A DNA stretch of 64,000 nt. Source: Octopus bimaculoides (lineage: Eukaryota). Positions 25,089-38,483 of the stretch are shown piece by piece (position 1 is the stretch's first letter; each line of letters begins with the position of its first letter). The notes below the pieces were generated by a model. It made no database searches, was not told the DNA's origin, and saw only the letters and a list, made by a program, of their open reading frames with translations. The stretch is taken from contig NC_069002.1 of assembly GCF_001194135.2 (NCBI RefSeq), positions 34,390,860 to 34,454,859 of the forward strand, given 5' to 3'. The translations under genes were made by a program, and so were the position numbers.

Positions 25089-26829
25089 ATCGATTTTTTT
25101 GCATTCTGGTTTAGGAATATATAAAACATTTTTTATTTGTTACGTATTGAGAGAGCTTTATAGGTATCATCATTGCTCCTTCTATAAGCCACTGAATTCA
25201 AAGCTATTTATCACGGATAACCCAGAATTTACTTTGATCTGCAATAGATGTGTCGAGTTTCTTCTTATCCAAAGAAACTCAAGGTATATTTATGACATTC
25301 ACTCCCTCGTTTCCTTCTTCATCTCAACTTTACAATGAAAATAATAAATTTCCTTTTCTGAACATCGATAAAATGAACGGTCTACCCAAATTACACAGCG
25401 TTGTCACTTAGCACTGCCTACCGATTGAGGTTATTAATTAACAACGTATAAAATATCTATTTCTTTTAGAACATCTGATGATTACCCAATCATCGATGTT
25501 ATAATTACAGCACAACATATTTGTATACACAAGAGAATCACGTGCAGAAATGACGTTATAAAAAGGAGATAAAGCGAATCTACTCTTTTACATATGTATG
25601 CATGCATGTATGTACGTATATGTTTATACGTATGTATGTATATGTGTCTATCATAATAACAATAATGATGATAATAATAAGTGGTGATGATGATGGCAAT
25701 GATAATAATAATAATAATAATAACGGTGTTGATTTCTTTTATTTGCCACCAGAGCGAAGTATGAGGGGACAATACAAAGACAGGTATAAAGTGTCGGAGG
25801 AGGGGGTTTCACATATGGAATGATAAAGTAAAATGTAGACAATATACATTAGAAGGGTAGTATACATAGTATGTGACACCAGAAATAGAAGGGAAAAAGG
25901 ATTATGATGGGGGAACCTTCCAGGAAGTCCAGAATGGCTGAAACAAGTAAAAGAATAAAGGAATATGTGTGTGTCTGTATACATATATATATATACATAT
26001 ATACACACACATATATATATACATATANNNNNNNNNNNNNNNNNNNNNNNNNNNNNNNNNNNNNNNNNNNNNNNNNNNNNNNNNNNNNNNNNNNNNNNNN
26101 NNNNNNNNNNNNNNNNNNNNNNNNNNNTATATATATATACATATATATATATACATATATATACATATACATATAGACATAGATATACATACCTGAATAG
26201 CTACAGAAGGACTAAAATTGTGAATTAGTCTCCCGTATTATTTATATATATGTACATATATATGCTGTTGTTGATATATCCGAACAAAGAAGCATATTCG
26301 AAAACATTAGAACAATAAAATATTTTCTTAGGAAGTTAAATGTTATGCCATTCGAATTTAATATCTACGACAATTTGTTTCACACCTATAAAGCGCTTAG
26401 CAGTTTGAGGGAATCCTAAGTCTGTAATGTGCGAGTCGCTTAACTTCTCCACAACTGAAGGAAGATATACGTTACCTCAGTTAGTTTCGTAAACAAAATA
26501 TATCTGAAATAACTGCCCATGCAGGTGTACTTTAATCAGTCGGAACGCAGGATGATATTTGAAAGATAATTTATATACTGTCGAAGGCTGTCTGCACATG
26601 TAGGATGCACATTCACTGCCGCCGTTTGGCAGTGTTGTACATGTTTGTTTTTAACTCCCCTGATATACCGCTGTTTCCAAAATGCAATACAATCGTTAGA
26701 AAATTTATTAAGAATATGAAGAAATACCTGGAGCACAACAGCTTTTTACCATGAAAGGTAATTTGTGATAATATTGGCGACAGATGAGGTTTGCCTCAAA
26801 GAAAACACATGCATATAATCATATCCATT

Positions 26830-26909
26830 CATAGTTAGACATACACACACATAGTTAGACATACACACATAGTTAGACATACACACACATAGTTAGACAT
26901 ACACACACA
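26830..26909. repeat. 18-20-bp tandem repeat CATAGTTAGACATACACA(CA) x4
   Basis: Seen directly. Confidence 0.9.
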
Positions 26910-27226
26910 ATTTCTAACTATACTAATGATATATTTCCTTCATTGTGACTGAGACGCTTCTTATAGAAAATACCAGCATGGCTTTAGGTATGTGTGTGAT
27001 GGTCTGTATGTGGAAGTCTAGTTATATATATAAAGTATACACACACAGACACACTTTCTCTCTCTCTCTCTCACACATACACACACATATATTATATATA
27101 GATACAGAAGTAGATAGATGTGTGTGTACTGAGCAATCGCAACACAGACTTTTCAATCAATGAGAAGTTAAAACATTGTGGTATTTAAAATATATTTTAC
27201 GTACGGTAGATGTGAGATTCGAGAGT

Positions 27227-27617
27227 TGTTGCTGTTGTTGGCACTCCGGCGCTTACGACGTCGAGGGTTCCAGTTGATCCGATCAACGGAACAGCCTGCT
27301 CGTGAAATTAACGTGCAAGTGGCTGAGCACTCCACAGACACGTGTACACTTAACGTAGTTCTCGGGGAGATTCAGCGTGACAGTGTGACAAGGTTGACCC
27401 TTTGAATTACAGGTACAACAGAAACAGGAAGTAAGAATGAAAGAAAGTTGTGGTGGAAGAGTACAGCAGGGTTCGCCACCATCCCCTGCCGGAGCCTCGT
27501 GGAACTTTAGGTGTTTTCGCTCAATAAGCACTCACAACGCCCGGTCTGGGAATCGAAACCGCGATCCTATGACCGCGAGTCCGCTGCCCTAACCACTGGG
27601 CTATTGAGCCTCCACAG
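27227..27617 (-). mobile_element. SINE family A, full length, with 11-bp TSD
   Basis: TSD GATTCGAGAGT at 27216-27226 and 27618-27628; (CAA)n-like tail. Confidence 0.95.
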
Positions 27618-29101
27618 GATTCGAGAGTAACGTCTGCTAAAGCAGATATATGCTCGGAGTTCATGCTCATCAACCAAATGAACACACGCACCTCCCAAAG
27701 TATTTGATATGCAATTCATTTTAATTAACCAAAGTTCCTGTGCTCTTTCCAAAGCATATATTTTACAAGAAGTACTTATTTATAAAATAAATTTTCATGT
27801 CAATAATTGTGAAATTTTAATTAATTTTGCCTTAATATATTAAACATGCTACCATACGTTATTATTCCTACATATTTTACTAGACGTTGTGATCTTTTTA
27901 ACGGTACATAGTGTTACGTTGAATGTATTGGAATTTTGCTAATGTTAATTACATTACATTTTTTTTTACAAAACTCTGGTCTAATAGACAAGACTTGCAC
28001 AGTCCCTTGCCTATCTACCAAAATTAATAAGATTTCTTGAGATAATATTCATTGCATTTAATTTTATTGAAATTTCTGAAAAAAAAGAATTATTCAAGAA
28101 ATAATCAAATATATCACACGTCTTACCATATATAATATTGCTTTCAATAAGTCTGTTATTTCTCGAAGAGAATCAACTCTGAAATTTTCTAATAACACTA
28201 CACCAGGTCTGGGCTTCCAAATCGGTAACGTCATATCAAATGACAAAAATATATGAGTATATGTACACATACATCACATATATGTGTGTGCGTGTGTTTG
28301 CATGTGTGTAAATACACACACACATATTTACTTACATACATTACATACACACATATCCACGCACACGCACAGACGCGCATATATATATATATATATATAC
28401 ACAAACATATATAATTTAATTATAGTCTACATATATATAATTGCACCAAACTTCATCTAACATTTTGGAACTCACTCTTATTCTCTGTGGAAGTATCTCC
28501 AGACATATATTTTGCCAAATTCTCTTCAAAATAATATCATCATATGTAATTTCGTGAAATATACCCTATCACTTATGGAAATGTTCCAATATTTGAAATT
28601 ATTCTTTGGCACTCTGTTGTGCATGGGGGTTCGCGATTGGTGATCATTCATGTCTTTGTTTATATATACGGTATTTTCTGCCACGGGATAAAGACTAAAA
28701 TAAAACAAATCTTAAACAACTGGATAAAGACTGGTTAATTTGGGGATAAACGCAACTTTATATCATTGATTTGAAATGTGATGGAAGAGATTTCCAATGC
28801 CATAACATACAACTATTTCTGCACTTCGTTTGATTGAAACAAGATATGTGATATACTATTCGCGTTCTCTTATCCTCGGTTATATCAATATTCATTCATT
28901 CTGTATATTTCTTATGAGATCGAACTCATGACCTTTTTCGTGGAAAATATGGTTCACTCCTCATTTCTTTTCTTCTAATCGTCCTTGGAAAATCCTAAGG
29001 AAAACTGATATGTCTGTTATTCCAGAAATCACGGAAGCTTTATGCGTTCATGCTAACGTACTTATACTCCTGTGTATATGCATGCACACACACACACACA
29101 C

Positions 29102-29142
<41 letters not shown>

Positions 29143-29939
29143 TTGTGTGTGTATGTGTGTCTTTGTAGGTTTGTGTGTATGCATACTGCTAAACACCTGT
29201 GTATGGATAGAATCGATAGATAGTTTTATAGATTTACTCTGTAATTCCTATAGCTAACGATTCCCATGATTTCGACATTTTCCACCACGACAAAGACGAC
29301 TGTGATGATGATGGTAAAATTAATGATGGATGCAAATTGACTTACTTCTGCAGGGAGATGGATGTAGAATATGAAGAACACGTTATATAATAAAGCGCAG
29401 AAAGTACTTTTTATTGAACAACATTTCGACAGTACTCGTTTATTATTCAGAATTAACTAGAATATCATAACGTGAAAAATACAACTAGACTATCCTGCAA
29501 TCCTTCCTACGCTGGAAAATTATATAGTTATATTTCTTTTGTAAAAACATAACATTAAAATAAAATAGAAAACGGTGGAGAGAATTGTTAGTGGAAAAGT
29601 TTCATATAAATCTGGTGGAACCTCCGTCTCATTTTCTTCTCCCCTCGGGACAAAACAGTAGTAACTTACGAATAAATATATTTGTCTTCATGTGTTTTGT
29701 CGACTGGAAATTCAGTGGTATCAAGATAATTTCTGAGTATATTGACTGACGAAAAGAGACGTACTGCTGAAAGAGTTTAATAAACAAAATCAACATCGCC
29801 GCTATTTCGCTCTTTGTCTAGTTATATTTAATACTTCATGAATTTCTGATTGACAAAGTATTCATCATAGGTATAACTAACATACGTAGATAAGCAGTAA
29901 AAGTAACACATCAGGCTGCGTGTATGCACGTGAATATAT

Positions 29940-30545
29940 TCTTTATTTGATTGCAGCCATGCTGGAGCAACGCCTTCAAGGGTTTAGGCCGAAGACATCG
30001 ACCTCAGGAGATATTCTTTGTAAGTCTAGTACTTATTCTATTGGTCTCTTTTGCCGTAGCACTGCGTTACGGAGACAAATACTAAGTTACAAATAATAAG
30101 ACATGCAAGCATTGATTGTCAAGTGATGGTGGGGGGACAAGCGCAGATACACACATAAATATATACATACATATAAGATGCACACGCACGCACATACGCA
30201 TACATACGCACTCATATATGTCGTTATTTAGAAAAATTGTCGTAAGTCCACAACGTTGCTGTTTTAGAAAGCGAAAAACCGTTGCGCTACATTTTGGCAA
30301 TTTTTGGCATCAGAAGCAACTGGAGATAAGACAGTTTGACCAAAAGAACCGGTTAGTGCAAGGAAAGGTAAATATTGAAAAACGCATTTGGCCAAATTTA
30401 GACATACGACAGTTTGACATAATAGCATCGATATACATAGATATGATTGGTTTCCTTCATTTTCCGTCTACCAAATCCACTCACAAGAAGTTGGCCGGCC
30501 CGAGGCTCTAGTAGAATATACTTGCCCAATGTGCCATGCAATTCC
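29940..30545 (-). mobile_element. SINE family C interrupted by a 205-bp insertion (30217-30421)
   Basis: C 3' part 29940-30215 and CORE-like 5' part 30445-30545 flank unrelated sequence. Confidence 0.8.
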
Positions 30546-30726
30546 AGGCATATATTCACTAATTTCAAGCGAAGGCTTTTCTATTAAGCAATCTTTACAC
30601 GCACCTTGTTTGGTGCGTGTAAATATTGTTTGGGTTGATACAATGAATATCAATTTATATATTAATAAATGGCCTCCCCGTACTCGTTATAATGCGTAAA
30701 AGTAATAAATTCATGAGTGATTAGAT

Positions 30727-30860
30727 TGACGTCACTTTGTGCTGAATCCTTAATCTCTTCCACTTTTGTAGCAATAAATTAGTCACTTTCACACCAAGCA
30801 TACACCAAGTATACCCCCACTCCAGCTTATAAAGGCCTCTTTATTCATCGTCACTCAGCA
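30727..30860 (+). promoter_or_regulatory. Candidate Pol II promoter: CRE TGACGTCA, AP-1-like TTAGTCA, TATAAA, Inr-like TCAGC
   Basis: TGACGTCA 30727-30734; TTAGTCA 30780-30786; TATAAA 30828-30833; the A of CTCAGC is at 30857, 29 nt from the TATA start. Located in unique sequence. Confidence 0.35.
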
Positions 30861-31449
30861 GCGAGATATCTATCCGTTCTTAAAGCAACGCAATAATTAT
30901 TTATTTCATTCTGGAACTTCTTTGCTGATAAGAATTGCTTTGGTAGTGCATGCGTTATTAAGAAAAAATATGACAATAATTATATAAAATTATATAAAAA
31001 ATATATATATGTAAAATATCACTATAAATAATATAAATTTTTAAATATCACTATAAATATCTCCTAGGTCTCACAGGTTTTATGTAAGCCAAATAAACAT
31101 GCACCTGCTGATTATATCCACCATAGATATGCTTAAATTAACTGTTTTGGGTGTCCCTTGACAAACGTTGAGAAAGTAATGTTAAATATGAATTCCATTT
31201 CAAAAATGGAAGTACATTATATATTTTTACGAAGAACATTTATATTCCTGCAACAGAATATTTCGGAGGACTTTAAAGGGCGATAGTTTAAAGTCAATTT
31301 CGTAGTATGAAGTAGATTAGATAAACCACCAAATCTGGTTCCATAAAACATCTCTCACTTATACAAGCCAATATTTATATGGAATCGAGAGATTCGGGGA
31401 TGTTCAGCCAATGCAAAATGAGGTGTTCTGGTTTGATATATGATATTCC

Positions 31450-31668
31450 TAATATTGGTTCTAAATTTTTACACAAGGCCATTTGTTTTGGGCGTGCAAT
31501 TAAGTTCAATATGTCGATTCCAGCGCTCACATCGTACTTATTTTATTGACCTCCGAAGAATTGAGAAGCAAATTCGACATTTACCGAATTTTAGCTTAGA
31601 ACGTAAAGAGGCACGAAATGCCACTAGGCATTTCAACCGGCGTGCTGACGGTTCTCCTAACTCTCCGC
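31450..31668 (-). mobile_element. SINE family B, diverged
   Basis: AGAACGTAAAG...GCATTTC...CGGCGTGCT head and CACAAGGCC tail match other B copies. Confidence 0.75.
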
Positions 31669-31862
31669 GTGTGAGATGCCTCACTTACTCAAACATGTAT
31701 TTCAAAAGATAACGTACGACCATCTTTCCGAAACGTGTTACGATGCCATGTTTTCGCCTGTTGTAATTTAAAGCAGATAGACTCAAACTTTCCGTAATGC
31801 GGAAGACACAATAATGAGCACTAGATAATTTCTGTTTCCCAGGATTCTTGAAGGACTTCATT

Positions 31863-32600
31863 AGGATCTAGTTCAGAACGGGGCACCAGTTTTCAGTTAT
31901 GTTTTATGTAGTGTTTTTGGTACCGAAAGACTTTCAAACTTCGTATACTTATCTATTTTGTGTTATAGAACACAAAAAAATGTTTGTATTCGAAGTTATT
32001 TCATGTAAAAAATTGTCTTATTTCGATAATTTCAACCAATCACTGACAAGTATTCAGCTGTTTACAGTTACTCCTTTGGCAGTTTAAGCGGTTCCTTTGG
32101 CAGTTTAAGCGGTGTAAAGCGTATTTAATCTCCATTGCTTCTGACATTTTGCAGGGAGGCATCACACGTGTGTTCGTTTTCCTTCGTTTTATTTTTAATA
32201 ATTTCGTTAACATCTGCCTGAACTGTATGTGTACAACATTTGCCCTAACCCTTCCCTCAAAAACAAGGCGTTGTGCCTATAATAGAAATGTTTATTAGCT
32301 ACTGCCAATATGCTTCAGCCATTTCTTGACAAGGAAATAATGATTTTATCACCGCCAGAATCGTTTGAGAATCGTTTGTTTACGTAGTCAGCACTTAATG
32401 TATTCGGCTGAATGGACGTCAGTTATTGGTTGAAATTACAGAAATACGACAACTTTAACATGAAATAAGTTGTAATATAATAATTTGTCTTAAGAAGACT
32501 AAGAGAAAAAGATGTTTTATATGACACATTCTACCAGTGTCCCAAGTTTCAAAGTGTTTCGTTAAGAAAATCCTGGCGCCCCCGTTTTGAACTAGATCCC
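31863..32600. mobile_element. Non-autonomous DNA transposon (MITE-like) with ~200-bp imperfect TIRs
   Basis: Left AGGATCTAGTTCAGAACGGGGCACCAG vs right reverse complement GGGATCTAGTTCAAAACGGGGGCGCCAG. Subterminal inverted similarity continues (TTATTTCATGT...AATTTCAACCAAT.ACTGAC). Contains a 21-bp tandem duplication at 32072-32113. No ORF; TSD unclear. Confidence 0.85.
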
Positions 32601-34750
32601 TTCATTATTTACACTCGGGCAACCACCGTCTGTAACACTGAATTGTGTGTATTTGATTATTTGTCGTTTCAAGTGTTGATATAGATGTATTAAGCATGGT
32701 AGGCTGACGACATTCTTCTTATTGCAAGCACATCAATAGAAATATTATCACGGAGATGTAATGCTTTGGATTGCGTGAAATAACTCCTATTTTCGTTCAT
32801 TTCACAGATAATCCGGTGCAGGAAATAAAATGTGGTTATATTTTCTTTTTAATGTAAAAAGAAAAAAATGTAAAGTAATAAAACAAACTGTGTGTTATAA
32901 AATAGGCATAACGCGAGATAACGTAAAAAAAAAAGAAAATGGAGATATAATAAAGAATACAAAAATGTTTAGAATTAGAAAATGTTACATTTTAAGATTA
33001 TTCACAGCTGATATTGAGAAAAAAATGTGCTAATGCTAATTAAATAATGAGAAAATAACGGCAAACAAATAAGGAAAAACAGTACCAAGAAAATTCTTGA
33101 GATCAGGAAAAGGAAACTTCAACACGATAACGAACAAACGCATGGGGACACATTATACACACACGCTTACACGAACATAAAGACTGAGATGCACAACCCA
33201 GAAATTCCTACAGATAGAGACGTTCAAAGAAACACACAAAAACGCAAAACTACACAGAAATGGAAAACCAAAAGAAAATCATGGAATAATTAATTCTGAA
33301 TGTATAAACATTCGAAAAAATCGAATTAAAATGAAGCTACATGTGTTATGTTGAAACTATTAGATGGGAGGTGGATGAGTGTAAGGGCGTGGGAAAATGT
33401 AATAAACAGTACAGGGAGTAGAAATTAGGAAAACCCTGAAAATATATAAATGTAGCAGTAGACTATATTGCTTTAAAATTCCCTTTTCGGTACCATATCA
33501 TTTCTTAGATCTAAACATTCATCATTCATAAATTTCTTTGTTAATTTACGACCGGCTTGCCCGCCTTTAACTATATTAGCAATAAAAATCATAACACTGT
33601 TGTAAAACAACAATAATAACAAAAGCATTACACGAAAACGAGAAAATAAAGGATTGTGAAAAGAAATGAGTTTATATTTTTAAAGAGGATGCTAGACAAC
33701 AGGAAAGGCTTTTCTTGAGCATGGACGCTTGAGGCTGGATCGGTTACTGCAAACGGAGATTTGGAAATCATTTTAAATATTATAGATTGTGAGCACGAGC
33801 ATTTAACCCGCGGGTTTTTCTGTCCTACAAGAACAGCTAAAGACAATAATATTTTCTGTCTTGTAGAAGGAAGTGTCTCCAAAACGTTAATATAGAGCTT
33901 GCTATATTGTAAGAACCCACTCGTTAGTTCATAGACGTGGCTAGCTAAGTAGACGAGAGGCAATTATTAGAAGTCTTAACCGTTCTGTTGTGAGGGTCAC
34001 GTCGCGCGTTAGAGGAGTTGAAGGTCAAAGTGTTGTAAGCTGTGGCATAATGTTAATTTATATAAATGAGGAGTTGATTTTGAATGGGTAATTATTCGTT
34101 ATTAATAGTGCAAATATACACACACACACACACATGCATGCAAACATATACACACATATGAATGTGTTTGTATATGTCAGAGTGGTTGTGTGCGCGTGCA
34201 AGTGTGCATCTCTCTCTCTCTCTCTGAAAGTAAAGGTATTGTCTATCTCTCTATGTATGCTTATATCTGCTTGTCCTCTGATGCATCCATATTTCGTTCT
34301 ATAACAAACTGTATCACAACAATTCTAGATTCTGATGAAGCCTTCAGGTAAGATAAAGTATACTGGAGTCAGTGGTATGGATTAATCTTGTTGAAATTCA
34401 GACAGTGATATTTTAGATCTTTATTGTCAGTGACCCGTTCGTATGAACTTGTCACGCTCAGGGATAAATATGTGGTATTCGTATACGTGGATAGCTCGCT
34501 TGAATGATTTTAAGTGCGCATCTGAATATGAAAACATATGTTTAACATACAGAAAAGAATGATTTGTTAAACAAAATAAATATTTTCAAGGCAACTTTCA
34601 CTTTTATCATTCAATAATATTTACCACATTCAAACTGATGTACTTTTATCGGGTTAACACTTCGAAGTTCAGAGAATATTCCAGTCATATAGTGTTAGTG
34701 TTGAGACGGATTACGTATCAGTAATTCTGATAAATAAGTGATTTCAAAGT

Positions 34751-34897
34751 AGTCAATCAGATCGACCCCAGTGTTCAATTGGTACTTATTTAACCAACCC
34801 CGAAAGAATAAAAAGCAAAGTCGACTTCGGTGGAATTTGAACTCAGAAACTAAAGGCGAGCGAAATGTCAATAAAAATTTTGTCAGGCATGCTAACG
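34751..34897 (-). mobile_element. SINE family B, truncated, in tandem with the next copy
   Basis: GCAAAGTCGACTTCGGTGGAATTTGAACTCAG. Confidence 0.85.
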
Positions 34898-34910
34898 CTA
34901 TATTTCTGTT

Positions 34911-35130
34911 TAATATCGTTTCCAATTTTGGCACTAAGGCAACAATTTTGGGGGAAGGAATATTTCGATTATATCGACCCGAGTAAATCAACTGATATTT
35001 ATTTTATCGAGTCTGAAACGATGAAAGACAAAATCGACCTCGGCAGAATTTGAACTCAGGACGTAAAAATGGTCGAAATACCGCTAAGAATTTTGCCCGG
35101 CGTTCTAACGTTTCTGCCAACTCGCTGCCT
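34911..35130 (-). mobile_element. SINE family B, full length
   Basis: ATCGACCTCGGCAGAATTTGAACTCAG...CTCGCTGCCTT. Confidence 0.9.
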
Positions 35131-35239
35131 TAATTTCTGATAAATAGAAAACAGGATATTCTAGGTCTATTGTCATACATGAAATGAACAGGGGCCTTCT
35201 GGATCTATTGGCTCACATGTCTGGTTACAAGAATACTGT

Positions 35240-35404
35240 GGCGTGTATCCTTCCCCATTGGACGAGGGACGGGACATCACAGGATCATACGTAAACCAGA
35301 GCACACGTGTTTTTGTTTTTTTTTGTTCAAGAACACAACGCACCGAGCTATCTTGGAATCGAAACTACAACCTTACGTCAATCACTAAGCCATGTGCCTC
35401 CATC
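35240..35404 (-). mobile_element. SINE family E, diverged
   Basis: GTTCAAGAACACAACGC...GGAATCGAAAC...CACTAAGCCATGTGCCTCC (tRNA-like head in reverse). Confidence 0.7.
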
Positions 35405-35574
35405 TACAATAATATACCTTCGATATATTATTGTTCATCCTACACAGTGTGTGTATGCGAATAAGTATGACGTTATTGACTCCACATAAACTTGTTCAAA
35501 ATCGTAGAGAAACAGTGCTGTTGATGGGGATATGACTATATGATGAGCATGTTTAATGAAAGTGCCTCAGTGGA

Positions 35575-35830
35575 GGTGATACGAAATAATATAGATGCAA
35601 ATATCTGATTAATTGCAGTTGTAGTAGAAAATGCTGCGAACAGCATGTACCCAGTATAATTGCTTGAATGTGTTTGAGTCTGTCATAATAGCTATCGTAG
35701 CTACCCTAGTAGACGCTGCATGGCGAAATATGAATGAGAAGCATAAGCAGGACTCCTCGTTGTTGCAGCACAATGTCTGAATCATAAGCCTCTAAATTTT
35801 GATTTGTTAGTCCACAGAGAGCAAATATCA
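35575..35830 (+). mobile_element. Possible hAT transposase remnant
   Basis: IAVVVENAANSM (35612-35647) resembles TDNAANM, and VAAQCLN (from 35762) resembles CAAHCLN, in the same frame with stops. The spacing is longer than usual. Confidence 0.3.
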
Positions 35831-36557
35831 ATCGATTACTCAAAAGAGCTTTTCTAGCACAAAAATGATGTGCTACGCGGAAGGTATTTATGTAGGAGCA
35901 GGCTAAAACAAATAATGAAAAATAGCAGAGCTCAACCTATGCTGAATAACTTGAAACGATGTGAGCCGTCACCAACCAACAATTTTCAAGTAAGAGGATT
36001 GCAACCGCTTTCGTTTATAATGGAAATAATTTAAGATAAATCTTTCTTAGAAGCATACAACTATGTGTATGAAAATAATCTAAGATAACATGAGGGATTA
36101 GTTACGATAGAGTGATGAATATTCACCAACAGGTTTTAATTCAGATTATGCATCTGCCGCAACCAAAAAAAAAAACATCATTTATACTTGCATGAAACAG
36201 ACAGGACACTAAAGTGTTCGGAAAAAGGTCCACCTGTACAGAATATGTATCTTTAAATTTCATTTCGCAAACAATAGACACAGTGCAAACAATAGAAAAC
36301 AATTTCTCGAATAAGAAGAAGAATTTTCGGGAGTGGAAGATTTCTTCTGTTATATACGTGGATTAAACAGTAGTCGAGGGATATTTTCTGACAGCATAGT
36401 AGAAAAATAAGGTATGAAAAGTATTTTTATGACACCTTTGTACGAACAGCTATGTTTATAGCTTAGTGATTTATAGTCGGTTAATGTAGAAGACACGCGA
36501 AGTAAAGAAGTAGAAGTCAATATGATCCAAAGAGCATTTATCGTTCCCCCATATATA

Positions 36558-36759
36558 GTATTTGTTTCAGGCACAAGGCTAGCCGTCACCAGGGAGGGGC
36601 TAAGTCAAGTAGTGCTCAACTGTTCCTTATTTTATTGACCCCGAAAGAATGAAAATCCAAGTCGACCTCGGTGGAATTTGAACTCACAACGTAAAGACGG
36701 ACGAAATGCCGCTAAGCATTTGTACCGACATGCTAACGATCCTTTCAGTTCACCGCCCT
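36558..36759 (-). mobile_element. SINE family B
   Basis: GTCGACCTCGGTGGAATTTGAACTCACAACGTAAAGACGGACGAAATGCCGCTAAGCATT. Confidence 0.9.
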
Positions 36760-36917
36760 CCTCCAAAGATGATAACCAGTTATCATGACTACGTTCTCGT
36801 TCACCGTACCTTGTCTTCAACTCTGTCCCCTCTCTAGTTAACTGTCACACTACAACCACAACCTCGCGTATTTAACTGACTATACACTTTTTCCGAACCT
36901 CTGTCAATATTCTTGAT

Positions 36918-37620
36918 TACGTGAGTCGGCTGAAAAATTTAGAACCTGACCAAATTAGTCGAATATAATGTGATCAAATGAGGTTTCATTTTCTATATAT
37001 TCCTCCTTACGGTTCACACACTTCTTCCATCGGTGTTGCAATGCTTACTCTCTATTGCTGAAGAAGCTTTCATCCTGTTGGTAAAAACGCCATCAACAGC
37101 AGATGTGATGCCATCATCACTGCGCTTTTTGTTCTCAGCCAACTGTTTTTTTTTTATGTTGGGGACCACATAATAGTGAGATGGAGTGAAATATAGCAGA
37201 CACTGGAACTAAGAACTTGTGTGATGAAGCATTGTCATGATAAAACAAGATTCCCTACGTGGGGTTTTCTCTGGCCGTTTGGTTTGGATAGCCTTTCGTA
37301 ATTGCCTCAACAAGTTGGCATCCTCCTCCTCTTTGCTGATGCGGCCACTTTGAATTAAGTCAATAAACCCAATATCTTTTTCATCATAGAAAACTGAAGC
37401 CATCACATTCATTGCAGATAACACAAACTTGACGCTCTTTGGATCAGGTGAGGAGAGTGTTTCCACAACGTGGATTGCTTTACTGTCTCTAACTCAAAGT
37501 CATGAATAATCACTCCTCAAAAGATTAGGAAACGTTCAAAGGAACCAGTGGGATCAGCCTCAAACAGTGTGTGTGACCCCAAGGTCTTACACGTTTCTTA
37601 GTTACTGCCCAATGGTACAG
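36918..37620 (-). mobile_element. Mariner transposase remnant (catalytic domain to 3' TIR)
   Basis: ORF 37209-37466 (VMASVFYDEKDIGFID...ANLLRQLRKAIQTKRP), upstream LFEADP..F.ERFL, downstream HRWKKCVNRK, and TIR TACGTGAGTCGGCTGAAAAA at 36918. Confidence 0.9.
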
Positions 37621-38172
37621 GCATTAGATAAATTTGTCTTACACATACTTTCCTTGTTATTTCGTATTTTTTCTGTTGTTAAAAATTGTTTAGTCAAACA
37701 CCCAGACTACTGTGAATTTATATAATCATAAATCTGCTTGCAACCCTTCTGTCCAATAAAGAAAATATCGTCATTATCATTGCTATTATTATTATTATTG
37801 TTATTATTTTGTTGTTGTTGTTAGTATCAGTCCGGGGCTGGTGAGTGAACAATACACTAAAGTATTATGTTTTGATACAATACGAAATGTTAAAAAATTA
37901 CCAATAACAACATCCTCACACAACAAATCACTCTTTCATAATCATACTTAGAAGAAAAAAAAAATTTTGAAAATGGAATTATGTGACAAAATGACACTAA
38001 AATATTCTGCAGCTGCATTTTTTTTCTTGTTAATTGAATATTTTTTTTCACTTACCCAACTTCTAACAGTCTACTGTACATTTGTATATACATTCTTTTA
38101 AATTAATAATATAGTAGACACTAGACTGTCTCCTCTGGTGAAATGAACCATTTATCTGCCCGAGTGTATGTA

Positions 38173-38235
<63 letters not shown>

Positions 38236-38236
38236 G

Positions 38237-38270
<34 letters not shown>

Positions 38271-38440
38271 NNNNNNNNNNNNNNNNNNNNNNNNNNNNNN
38301 NNNNNNNNNNNNNNNNNNNNNNNNNNNNNNNNNNNNNNNNNNNNNNNNNNNNNNNNNNNNNNNNNNNNNNNNNNNNNNNNNNNNNNNNNNNNNNNNNNNN
38401 NNNNNNNNNNNNNNNNNNNNNNNNNNNNNNNNNNNNNNNN

Positions 38441-38483
<43 letters not shown>

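Noticed and set aside
26614-26634. Hairpin CACTGCC-GCCGTTT-GGCAGTG as a Helitron 3' end or terminator
   Set aside because: No CTRR or U-tract follows; an isolated 7-bp stem is expected by chance.
33628-33963. 111-aa minus-strand ORF and nearby CpG-richer sequence
   Set aside because: No splice signals, motif or codon bias that I could support.
34332-34360. CTGATGAAGCC-TTCA-GGT as a hammerhead
   Set aside because: No GAAA after the short stem and no stem I partner.
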